Of a stretch of 64,000 nt of DNA, positions 51,930 to 64,000 are shown in pieces. The stretch comes from Mobula hypostoma (Eukaryota): NCBI RefSeq assembly GCF_963921235.1, contig NC_086109.1, forward strand, positions 32,428,001 to 32,492,000. Direction: 5' to 3'. Positions within the stretch are counted from its first letter, which is position 1. Each line of letters begins with the position of its first letter. The position numbers and the translations under genes were made by a program. A model generated the notes under the pieces. The model saw only the letters and a program-made list of their open reading frames with translations, was not told where the DNA came from and did not search any database.

Positions 51930-54925
51930 TAGGGCAACAGGGAGTTAAACTTCCTCTACCCAGTATCTTGTTAGCAAAAGTACAGACTCTGGAGAACAAG
52001 TTTGTGGATCCAAGGGCAAGATTGTTGTGTTGTGTTTCACGGACACGTAGCTCACTGTGGACAAGCCGGATATGTCAATAAGACCAGAGGGCTTCTCGAC
52101 ACACTGGACGGACTGGGCTGATTCAAAGCGTGCAAAGGGTGAGGGTCTGTGTTTCACAATAAACTCTTTGTGATGCTCGGACATAGCGGTTACCCCGGCC
52201 TGGAACATCTAATGATTAATTGTCAACCATTCTACTTTCTGAAAGTTTTCCTCCATGATTCTGACCATAGTTTACATACCAACAAAGGCTACTGTTAAGC
52301 ATGCACTCAAGGTGTTGAGTGAAACGATAAGCAAACAGGAAACAGCCTACCCTGACATCTTTCAAATCATTGCTGGAGATTTCAATCAGGCTTACTTTAA
52401 GATATCTCTGCCCAATTGTCATCTTCAGTACCAGCGGTCCCAACAAACTCAACCATACCATAAGGAATGCCTATCATTCAATCCCTACACTACATTTTGG
52501 GAAATCTGACTATCTGGCTGTCCTCTTTCTATCTGCATAGAGGGGGAGGTTGAAGAGCAAGGTACCAGAAAAAAGGACAATGAAGAGGTGGTCATAAGAA
52601 ACAGAAGAGCAGCTACAGGACTGCATTGAATCTGTGGACTCGGACACAATTGAAGGACTCAGAGGACCTAAATGAATATGCCATGGTTGTCAATAGACTT
52701 TATAAAGTCAGTAATGGATGAGTAAAGAGGCAAATCTGGACCAAACCTCTTATTCAGAAGAATGAGGGGTGACCTCATTGAAACCAATTGAATGGTGAAA
52801 GGCCTTGATAGAGTGGATGTGGAGAGGATATTTCCTATGGTGGGAGAATCCAAGACCAAAACAGAACAGCGTCAGAATAGAGGGACGTGTTTTTAGAATG
52901 GAGAGGAGGAGAAATTTCTTTAGCCAGAGAGTGGTGAATCTTTGGCACAGGCAGCTGTAGAGGCCAAGCCTTTTTACTTATACATTATATATGAGATTGG
53001 GGTTGGGAGGGAAATTGGATCAGTCATGATGAAATGGAGGAGCAGAGTCGATGGGCCAAATGGCATAATTCTGCTCCTATGTCTTATGCTCTTAAACTAG
53101 AATCACAAAAGGATGGTCGACAGTTGTGGCAGGGCTTGAAATCACCTCCGACAAACAAAAACTAAGTGACATAGATTACAATAAGGCTTCGCTCCCAGAT
53201 GAGTCCAATGCCTTTTATGCTCGCTTTAACTGTCAAAACATGGAGACACCTTCGCAAAGTTATATAGTCCCCCATGACCCTGTGATTTCAGTCTCTGAGG
53301 CTAACTTGAAAGCAAACTTCAGGACGGTGAACCCACAGAAAGTATTTGGCACGTACAGGGTACCTCAATGGTTCTGAAGACCTATGCTGATCAATTGTCT
53401 GGAGTGTTCACTGATATTTCTAACCTCGCGCTTTTGTCAGTCTGAGGTACCCACTTGCTTCAAGCAGGCTTTGATTACACCAGTGCCCAAGAAAAAACAT
53501 GGTAACCTGCCTCAACGATTGAAGTGCTTTGAGAGGTTGGTGATGAAGCACTAACTCCAGCTTGATGAAGACTTGGATCCACTCCAGTTTGTCTACTGTC
53601 ACAACAGGTAACAGCAGATGCCATTTCATTAACTCTTCACTTAACCCTGGAACATCTGGACAGTCAAGATGCACACATCAAGATGTCCTTCATTGATTAC
53701 AGCTCTGTATTCAACACTATCATCTCCTCAAAACTAATAAGCTCCAAGACCCCAGCCTTACTACCTCCTTTTGCAACTGGATCCTCAATTTCCTTACTTG
53801 CAGACCCCAGTCATTTCAGATTGGCAATATCTCCTCCACAATGACCATCAGTACAGGTGCACCACAAGGCTGTGTGCTTAGTCCCCTTACACTATTGAAT
53901 TTATACTTACCATTGTGAGTCTAAACACAGCCACAATGCCACACTTAAATTTGATGACAATACCACTGTAGTTGACCAAATCAAAGGTGGTGACAAATCA
54001 GCATAGAGATAATCTGGCTGAGTGTTGCCACAGCAACAACCTCTCATTCAATGTCAACAAGACGAAGCAGCTGATTGTTAACTACAGGAAGAGGAAACCG
54101 GATGGTCCATGAGCCAGTCCTCATCTGGGGCGGGGGGGGGGGGGCGGAAATCAGAGGTGGAGAAGGTCAGCAACTTTAAATTCCTTGGCATTATCACTTC
54201 AGTGGATCTGTCCTGGATTCAGCACCTAAGTGCCATGAGAAAGAACAAACAGCAGCACCTCTACTTCCTTAGAAGTTCGCAAAGATTCACCATGTCATAT
54301 AAAACTTTGACAAACTTCTATAGCTATGTGGTGGAGAGTATATTGACTGGTCACATCATGCCCTGTATGGAACCACCAATGTCCTTGAATGGAAAAAATC
54401 CACAAAAATTAGTGGCCACAGCTCAGTCCATCACCGGCAAAGCCCTCCCCACCATTCAGCACATCTACAGGGACCAGGGCCACAGGAAAGCAGCATTGAT
54501 CAACAAGGACCCCCGCTATCTGAGCCATGCTCTCTTTTCACTGCTGCCATCAGGAAGGTACAGGAGCCTCAGGTCCCACACCACCAGGTTCTGGAAAAGT
54601 TATTACTCCTCAACCAAAGGTTCTTGAACTAAAGGGGAGAACTTCACTCACCTCAGCACTGAACTGTTCAACAACCCATGGACTCACTTTCAAGGACTCA
54701 TCTCATGTTCTCAATATTTATTTTTAGTGAGTAAATATTTACTGCTTATTTTTTATTTTTTGTATTTGCATAGTTTGTCTTCTTTTGGATGTTTGTCCAT
54801 CTTTATTGTATGCAGTTTTTCATTTATTCTATGGCGTTTCTTTGTATTTACTGTGAACGTGTGTAAGAAAATGAATCTCAGGGTTGTATATGGTGACATA
54901 CAAGTACGATAATTAACTTACTCTG
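51930..54925 (+). mobile_element. Long degraded Rex1/Babar-type LINE (APE, RT, C-terminus, tail) with a CR1 3' fragment inserted at ~52747-53092
   Basis: [47 protein letters not shown] and HALFSLLPSGRYRS motifs. The CR1 insert is flanked by AAAC. Confidence 0.88.
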
Positions 54926-57124
54926 ATCTTTGAAATGGAGATATTTCAAAACTCCAAATCATTTAAAAATTTTCAAACTATTGTTCTGAATTACTCTCTC
55001 CAAACAGAATTAGAAAGTCATACCTGCAATGATTTATTTTTAAAAGGTACTACAAATGCGTATTTAACTCTGTCATAATGGTGTCATAATCAAGTTGACT
55101 GTTCACTAGGGAACATCATGGATTTACGAAGTACAAACATGTTATTTAATAATGAAATAGCCACTACTAAATTTGCAATAATCTGCATCCTTGATTACTA
55201 CTACTTTGTAGCCTTGGAGATTGTAGCATCTGCAGCATCCCATGTCTCCTTCATTTGCCTCAATCTTTAAATGTTTTCCTTATTACAAGCAATGCCCTAG
55301 TTACCACCCAAAGGCACACGGGTCTGACTTTATGGTATAATACTGTTCCAAGATAGCCTAGATTTTGCAGAGAAGCACAGCACAAGCCACAAAAATTTCA
55401 TGGCATAACTGACAGAAACTACAGAGCTTCTCTATTCAGTTTGGAGATTTCCAGCAGGGAACTGTTACAAACAACCTGCATTAGGTTAGTGAGTTATTCC
55501 CCTTTCATTTCATTTTCAGCCGCAAAGCACTAAGTGTACTCTTATAAATTTTTATTTCAGTACATTTTGCAAATATTAAGTGTTTTATTGCTTTAAATTT
55601 AATAGGTTTTATTAATTTAAAGTTGAATCTTTACATCAAAGATGTGTGAAAAATATTTTGAAAGTCATGAATTGAGTGAGCTTTTTGACAGCTTTGAAAT
55701 CAGCTCAGCCACAAGGTATGACTTGACTGTTCACCAGTGTTCTTACTGATATTTTCTTCGACCGTACAACACCTCTCCAACTTGTCCCTCACCCCAACAA
55801 GGCCATTTAAGTAAAAGTTACTTCTGCAATCAGTGTCAATTGAAAAATGTTCTACGCTCCATTTGCCAGGAAAAGACCAGCATTGTCAAAAGGTTAATGG
55901 GAAATAACATCCAATAATCTGTAAAAAATCAACTGGTGTGGGTTCAAAATCTGGATTGCCAGAATGTTATGCATTGTTTAAGACTTTCTACACTTATAAA
56001 GTTGGGCTACATCCAGACCAATTTCTATGATATCATACTAAATAATGCATTTCGCAATTTATCAAGATAACAAGGATTAACATTTAAACTTTATATGCAA
56101 AAACGAGTTCATTCTAAATAAAATATAATCCTCAGTAAAATTACAATAAACATAAATATACAATTGAATTACCATAGCAAATTAAATCCAAGACTGTTTT
56201 CAAAAAAAAAATTGTGTTATTCATGAATTGTGTAAGCCTACATAAGCAGTAGCACATCCCAATTAGAAGTAACTGGACTGCTTTATGAAATAGTTAAGAA
56301 AAAGCATACTTTGGAAAGAATGTATTTTCCAATTTGTTGAATGGTGGGATTTTTCTAATGTTCTCAAAGAAACCGTTAACGTGAGCAACTAGACTCTTCT
56401 ACTATTTCTAAGCCAACCTTTTAAACACAAAGATTCCTAATATGGAAAGTGCATGCTTTCCCCATTTGAACTTAAAAGTTCAACAACTTGCACCATTACT
56501 GCACAAGAGAGGCCCAATCAATACAGGATTTGTACATCATCTGCTCAGATTTCCATCTTGCACATTCTGTAAATTCTAATTGAGAGCTGCTAATATATTC
56601 TTGACTCTCAGCAATTCCTTTTCATCTACCATCAAATGACAAATATGGAGTCTACTAATGAGTTGAAGTTCAACTTATTTTTCAAAGCTCTTCTTGACTT
56701 CTTCCTGGCTCTATCAACTCCTCTGCTCAAAGCCACTACACACCATTTACCCTCCCCACATGAATCTTTGAATTCCTTCATGCATGGTCCAATTTCAAAT
56801 CTCACTTTACAAAATAACAACACTTTCTAAGTGTAGTGCTGACTAAGTACTGTAGTAACTGGCACATGAACAATATTTGTAGCTGTTCATATAATGAGAG
56901 GTTGACATATTAAACTGTGGTGATTTCAGAGTTTGTGGCCACAGTAGCAACTAGTTTGACATTCAATGAAATAACAAGTGGCTACCCTGATTAACCAATG
57001 GCCCAATTAACTGGAATCCATTATACTTTGCTTTCAGTTACTAAAATGAACCATTATAAATACACAAGGATTTTCCCCCAAAATAAACAAAATATATTGA
57101 ATTATTTCACATAAAACACACTGT

Positions 57125-58080
57125 AACACACAAATTGCTGGAGGAAATCAGCAGGTCAGGCAGCATCTATGGAAATGTATAGTCAACATTTCGGGCCAAG
57201 ACCCTTTCTCAGGACTGAAAGTGAAGGGGGGTGGGGAAAGATGAAGGAGGAATCTTATAGGAGAGAATAATCAACCATAAGAGAAAAGAAAGAAGGGGAC
57301 GCGGGAGAAGTAGCAGTCAGCTGAGAAGTAGTAAAAGGTCAGAGTGGGGAATAAAGAAGGGGGGGGAGAGAGAAGTAGTTTACTGGAAGAAACCAATATT
57401 CATGCCATCAGGTAGGAGGGTATCCAGATGGATACAAAGTATTGCTCCTCCACCCTGAGGGTGGCCACAACTTGGAATTCTTAGAGAGGAGGCAATGGAC
57501 CAACATGACAGATTGGGAATCAGAATTTAAAAGTCTGGCCACCAGGAAGTCCCACTTGTGGCAGATGGTGTAGAGGTGCTCAACGAAGTGGTCCCCCAAT
57601 TTACGACAGGTCTCACCAGGTCTGAACAAACTCATTCGTAAGGCCAGTTATGTTGTGGGGATGGAACTGGACTCTCTCACGGTGGTGTCTGAAAAGAGGA
57701 TGCTGTCTAAGTTGCATGCCATCTTGGTCAATGTCTCCCATCCACTACATAATGTACTGGGTGGGCACAGCAGTACATTCAGCCAGAGACTCATTCCTCC
57801 GAGGTGCAGCACAGAGCGTCAAAGGAAGTCATTCCTGCCTGTGGCCATCAAACTTTACAACTCCTCCCTTGGAGGGTCAGACAGCCTGAGCCAATAGGCC
57901 AGTCCTGGACGTATTTCATAATTTACTAGCATAAATTACATATTACTATTTAACTATTTAAGGTTCTATTACTAGTTATTATTTATGGTGCAACTGTAAT
58001 GAAAACCAATTTCCCCCGGGATCAATAAAGTAAGACTATGACTATAAGACTACTACCAATGTAGAGGAGGCTACATTGAG
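57125..58080 (-). mobile_element. Penelope 3' fragment interrupted by a plus-strand Rex1-type fragment (~57619-58053)
   Basis: GETCRKLGDHFVEHL GIY-YIG remnant. The insert is near-identical to 36935-37350, ends in (GACTAT)n and is flanked by ACCA. Confidence 0.82.
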
Positions 58081-58562
58081 AATCACCCCAGCAGGTTGTA
58101 GCAACATTACATGCAGTGATCATAACATGATAGAATTCACCCTGCAGTTTGAGATGGAGAAGCTCAAGTCAGATGTACCAGTATTACAGTGAAGTAAAGG
58201 GAATTATAGAGACATTAGAGAGAATCTGGCCAAAGTTGATTGGAAGAGAACAAAATGTCAGAAAAGCAATGGCTGGAGTTTCTGGGAGAAATTCGTAATG
58301 TACAAGATAGAAACATCCCCAAGTAGTAGTAGTATTGCAAACGGAGGACGATGCAACCGTGACTGACAAGGAAGTCAAATGCAACACAAAAACAAAAGTG
58401 AGGACATATAATATAGCAAAAAAACTGTGGGAAGTCAAAGGAATGGAAAGCTTTTAAAAACCAACAGAAGGCAACTAAAAGAGCCACAAATGGAGAAAAG
58501 ATTAAGTATGATGGCAGGCTAGCCAATAATATAAGAGGATACCAAAAGTTTTTTCACTTATA

Positions 58563-58770
58563 CAGTATTGTGCAAAAGTTTAGGCATATATAATCGCTAG
58601 GGTGCCTGAGACTTCTGCACAGTACTGTATTTGTCAATGTGGAGTAGAGAGCAAGTTTGTAAATCAGGCAAGGGCAAAGGATTTTCGGAATGGTGAGGGT
58701 GGAGCACTGCAGGAGGAGTGCAGTACAGGTGACAGAAAGACTGCCAGGGGTGGGGGCTGGAAGCATTGCT
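58563..58770 (+). mobile_element. Composite TA-flanked element, copy 3 (truncated), following a CR1 fragment at ~58110-58560
   Basis: TAcagtattgtgcaaaagtttaggca...gtgcctgagacttctgcacagtactgta followed by the same internal segment as copy 1. Confidence 0.75.
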
Positions 58771-61700
58771 GACCAGTAGATCACAAGCTTTGTGCAAGAT
58801 TTTATCTTGATCTTCAAACGCTTTTTCCTCAATTCATCTAAGGCTCTGATGATGCATTGAAGATGTAGGTGAATTATTACAATAATCTTACCAATGCAGT
58901 GTTAGATTATATTTTCAGGTAAGATCAATTCTAACACGTACTTCTCACTGTATGAATAATTTATTATAGAGAATTTGTTTAAGGCTGGAACAACATTAAA
59001 TGAAGTAGAGGCCGGCTGATTCCAAATTACTTTTCACCCGCTTCAGGACGATTCAAAATGTGTGATTATGGCTCCAGGAACCAAAGTTCCACAGAGTATT
59101 TGGATTGTGCCAATTTGGTACAGGCAGCTCTCTTGCTGGTGCTAGAGCAAAAGGTACATATCGGTTTTCATGGCAGAATAATAAATGTACTTTGAGTTTG
59201 ATTTTGCATTTGTTTACTTGGATTTTCAAAGAAAAAGCTATTTAGGAATTAAAATTAATTTAGGGTGGAAAGCATCTCATCTTTTGCACTGCGGTGGAAC
59301 ATTGGTTTGCACTGTGTTGTGGCCTGCATGTAAAGGGAAAATTGGGACATAGAAGAAATTGTATTACCAAGTTACAAATAATAATTAAAAGCACAGTATT
59401 GTAGAATGCCAGGAATAGGTTTGCTCATTAGGTATGCTTAAACAGCTGAACTTCCAGTATATAATGCTGATCACTCCCTGCAGATCTGTGCATTCGGTAT
59501 GGACAATTTAAGAGTTAGATTTAAAGATTTAAGTTATTACGACTTCAAATTTTAAAAAAAAACACACACAGAACACTTTGAGCCAGTTCATGGTGGTTTG
59601 GTATTGCCAGCAGTGGTCTTGTTCTTGGCTGTTCTGTTTGTGAAGCACCTATTTTGCCAGTTTCCAGAGGTGGCTGGTGGCATGGCCTCTTATGGTGTAG
59701 TCCACAGCTATTGGCAGTTTAAAAGCAATGAGCAACACTTAATATTTTAGTTGTCTGTGATATAAACATTTACAAGATTTACTCCAAGTTCTGAACAAGG
59801 ATCTCAGCCCGAAACCTGAACTATTTATTCATTTCCATAGACTGCACCTGACCTTCTGAGTTCCTCCAGCATTTTGTATGGGTTGCTTTGGATTTCCAGC
59901 ATCTGCAAAATTCCTTGTGTTCAAAGATTGAGTTTTGTCAGTATTTACTTTAATTTTAAGATGCAGAGTGAGAGAAACTTCTGTTTATAAGAATGATTCT
60001 TTCAGGAGTATCAGTGTTAGCCTACAAAATTCATTCTATTACATTGTCATTTGATATTCTCAGGTATTCCCTGTGGATTGAGGTCGACTTACTTCCTTTC
60101 AGTTTCTGGATTGAAGGGGCTGATGAAACCCATGTGGGATGTTGTAGGGTAGGGAAACAAGCAGTCTGTGTCCAAATGAACCATCAGTTTCCATTAGCAC
60201 CAGTCCTTTATGTACCCTAAGTTTCCACTGACTCCCACCACTTTCTACCACAAATCTACATTTGACTACCAACCTCCATGTCTTAATGATCATGGGATGG
60301 AACATGCACCCAGGGAAAACATGTAAACTCCATCCAGATGACTCCAGAGATTAGGATCGATCCCGGGCATCAAGGCCAGGCAGGATGACGCAATCTCAGA
60401 CTACCTGCAGCAAGTCACACCACAAAAATATCGATGTTATCTCTGCAAGATCTTTCAAATCCAAATCTATTGGAAGGAAAAACTGAGTGCCCATTCCAAG
60501 GCCAGCTATCACAGAAATCCAGTTAGTCATTTGACTACATCAGGCAAGTCACATTGTTCACAGGCTCAATATTAAATTCCTAAAGCTCTGCCACAGGACG
60601 AGTTTAACACACAATCAAAGGACAGGATTCAAAGATGTGCTCAAAACACTTCCAAGGAACTCCTGGCTTGTGACAGCTCAAATTGGTGATGAAACAATTT
60701 AAAAGCCATTGAGAACCTGGTATTAATGCATTAGGAGCTCACAAATGCCTTTGTAAATGGTGGACAGAAAGCATTGCCTAACAAACTACCCATTCACTCT
60801 CCCAGTCAGGCTCTTGCTGCACCAGCCTCGAAAGAGTCTGTAATTCCCTCATTGGCCTTCAGTCACAAAACCAGAGAGGAAGCAAGGCATCCTCTTGAGA
60901 GTTTACTAAAGAAGACAGCTCAATGTACTGGCTAAACAGAGGACTACTTGTAGGACTGATTCTCAAGCTTTTCCTGCTACTTGATTTCCATGTCAGATCT
61001 AAACTCCATGAAATAGCTAGCTTCTGCACATGCACCACAGTCTGAGCCAAACACGCCACACTGAAACCACTCTAGATCCACAGAAAAATCAGATGAATGC
61101 ACCCAATGTAACAAAAGCAGAAAGTGCAGGTGAGAGGGTAGCAAAGCAGCATGTGACTGGGGTGTTGCAGACAAATATTAAGGCCCTATTATCCATTACT
61201 TATGGTGCTTCAGTGGTGATTCAATTGCCCAGTTGAGAGAATTCATGACCCATTCCATATCTTTCAACAGAAAAATCTGAGGTGGCATGAAAGATGAGAG
61301 AGAGAACACATTTTTAATATTCCTGATATATACATTCATGAATAATTAAATAAATTAAGTACTTCTATTTCCATTGTACTTTTCATGATCACCGGATATC
61401 CTAAAACACTTTATAGAAAATGAAATACTTCTGCAAGTGTAACCATTGTTGCAATATAGGAAGTATGGCAGTAAATCTCCACATCAGCCTCACAATATAA
61501 AGATGACATTCTCCTCTTTTCTCCAAACACTGCAGTTCAATCTTTTGCCTCCATCTACAGCAATGAACTTACCCTCAGTCTGAACAAATCATCAGTGCAG
61601 TACTGCATAAATGTGACTGTCTAACTTGTGTTAAAAGTCCCTGTTTTGGGAGCACCACACAACAGGCATCTCTGACCTTTTTATGTTTCGATGGAAAGGT

Positions 61701-63742
61701 AAAAACTATAGTTAAATACATTGTTAAATAAAAATTATAATAAGAATTCCATTAACAAAATTATGCAAAATAACCAAAAAATATGAAGCTTATATAATTT
61801 CCATTTGTCTGGTTCACACTCAGATCAAAACACTGATGTGAACTTGCATCCTATCCAATTATAAAACAATTTTATTTCTAGTCCTTCATTATTACACACC
61901 CTTTGCAGTACCAAAACATTTTAACAATCCTTTCCAGACCTCCACTCCTCCAATATTTTTCTTGGTGGGCTTTGATTCTCCATTTGGTCCAACTCATCCA
62001 GAACACAGCACTTTACATCTGTCATGCACAATTTAATTTGCTCATTAATCTCCCATTCAGTTAGCTTGTCATACTCTGCCAAGAACTGCCATATCCTTAT
62101 TCCTCTCAATTTTTAAATCCATCTTGAAAGAACATCTTTCTGAATGCCTCCCTTTACTCTCATACAATGGTTTGGTGCCCTACTTATATGACACACTGGA
62201 ACACTTCCTACCAAAGTAGTGACTGTGTAAAGCTAATTAAATCTGCTGGCATCAGATGAAGTGTCTTGTGGAGTAGAGTAATCATACTTTTATAACAGTG
62301 ATTATGTAATTTTGAACAATAAAGAAACACTAGAAACCAATTCTTTAACCAAGATTTATTTTCTTAAAAGCAGAACCTTTAGACATGCATATAATGTGGG
62401 TTGTTTTCAAAAGTTGGAAAGATTTATTAGCAGCACCTGACAAAAATATATTCCATCTAAATATCCAAACCTTGTTTATGAAATGATTGATATTAGCTAA
62501 GCAGCAAGTCTGAAAATGAATTAATATGATCAGATGAGCAGCATAATCTAACTACGTGAATTTTTAAATAAGGTCTTACTGGATTAATCTCATGATCATG
62601 TGATTTTTTTGAACCAGCCATTACACCCATTGCAGACAATTTGTGATCAACAAATATAGAAGAGAAAATTAATTGCTGCCTATTGATTGGCTGTGATTAA
62701 CAGTAATCAATGGCTGTGGTGTGTATATTTCAAAGTTATTTGATAAAGATATTCAAAAAATATAAATGATTTGCACAGAAAGCACGCCGATCAAAAAATT
62801 AAACTACTTGAATAATCTTTCAAAAGGTTTTTGTAAATAAAATGGCTCAATATTTCTTCATGTGCTTTTAAATACAACTTATAATTTTGCAATGGTTAAT
62901 GACCAAGTTGCATATTAAAAATGACAAAATACAAATGATACAAAAATTTTGATGCTGCATTTTTAAATATTATTGCTTATTCGCCATACTGGAACCTTCT
63001 GACCTTCATTTTAAATTTTCTATGAAGTACTTCTAAATACTGTGAATGAAAAAGTTTAAAGATAATAGGTTTTTAAAACAAACCCATTCAACTTTTCCCA
63101 TATCATATGTTTACCCATTTAGCCTATTAAACTGCTTCTGCTAAATACAGTGAATAACAAAGGTGTTCAATTATTTGATACTCAGCATGTTAGGCAGCTT
63201 CTTTGCTGAAACAAAGACCTTTCATTCCAACACTGTCAATCAAAAGCACTTTTATGCTGTTGTTTTCCTCTCCATAGATGCGGATTGACCTATGGTGCAC
63301 TGCCAGCATTCTGTATGTTTATTCTAGATTCCTACTGTTTACTTCCACTTTGAATAATGCTCATGTACAATAAAAGAAAATAATTGTACATTTACATTTC
63401 CTTGCACGCAATTACAACATTTCCACACATCAGGAAGATTTCTAGAGATAAAATTACATTGCCAATCTTTACAAATGAACCATTAGATCTCCTATTCAAC
63501 AAACAGACCCAGCTTATTAAATGGCACAAGTGTCACAACTGGCAACTAATGCTCAGTTTCCAGGAAATCCCCTCCCTGTTTTATTTTACTGAATTCTTTG
63601 AAATACTATACATTAATGTGGATAATTTTACAAAACATACGAGACCTGTAGCAGAGATTATGTTCCACGCTGTTCAAAAAAAAATCTGCATCTTTCTTCC
63701 GTCTCTTCAAATTATTTCTATCCTTAAATACATCCAATTTCT

Positions 63743-63820
63743 CAGCCTTTCTCCATTCTAACTTCGTCCCAAGCTTCTGGACAGCCTTTCTCCATTCTAA
63801 CTTCGTATACAGCTTCTAGA
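63743..63820. repeat. Imperfect tandem duplication, 2 x 39 bp
   Basis: cagcctttctccattctaacttcgt..agcttct at 63743 and 63782. Confidence 0.85.
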
Positions 63821-64000
63821 TCCACAAGCTAGATTTTATAGTTTAAAAAATGCTGAAATGTGATATCTACTGAACCATCGTGTAAGATTTCAATCTTGTT
63901 TTTGCACCAAGCTAGGACCAGTGGAGAATTATATAGCACTATGTCACTTTTGCACGGACGAACAATTAAAGATACAGAATAACATCGAGGACAGAAGACT

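Noticed and set aside
63384..63761. 125-aa ORF
   Set aside because: AT-rich intronic sequence, non-ATG start, no homology.

Overview
AT-rich, repeat-dense vertebrate genomic DNA. The repeat content (CR1 and Rex1/Babar LINEs, Penelope elements, V-SINEs, Tc1 and Tigger transposons) suggests a cartilaginous fish, probably a ray; this is an inference. The only host gene is MAPK14 (p38-alpha) on the minus strand. Coding exons 2-12 span 51716 to 18437 with human-like exon sizes (130/59/112/30/48/115/72/80/79/174 nt), intact splice sites and one continuous reading frame. Exon 1 lies beyond the right edge. Main points of interest: (1) two mutually exclusive 80-nt exon-9 variants follow a U12-type donor, and each has a U12-like acceptor and a U2 donor; (2) a Penelope-derived minimal hammerhead ribozyme with an intact core lies in sense orientation in intron 2; (3) a three-copy composite TA-flanked element has palindromic ends bracketing captured sequence; (4) a Tigger derivative carries a ~235-bp hairpin; (5) the U12 intron holds a perfect 133-bp tandem duplication; (6) several nested TE insertions. 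Most entries in the ORF track are TE debris or chance ORFs. TE boundaries are approximate unless a target-site duplication (TSD) or terminal inverted repeat (TIR) is quoted.
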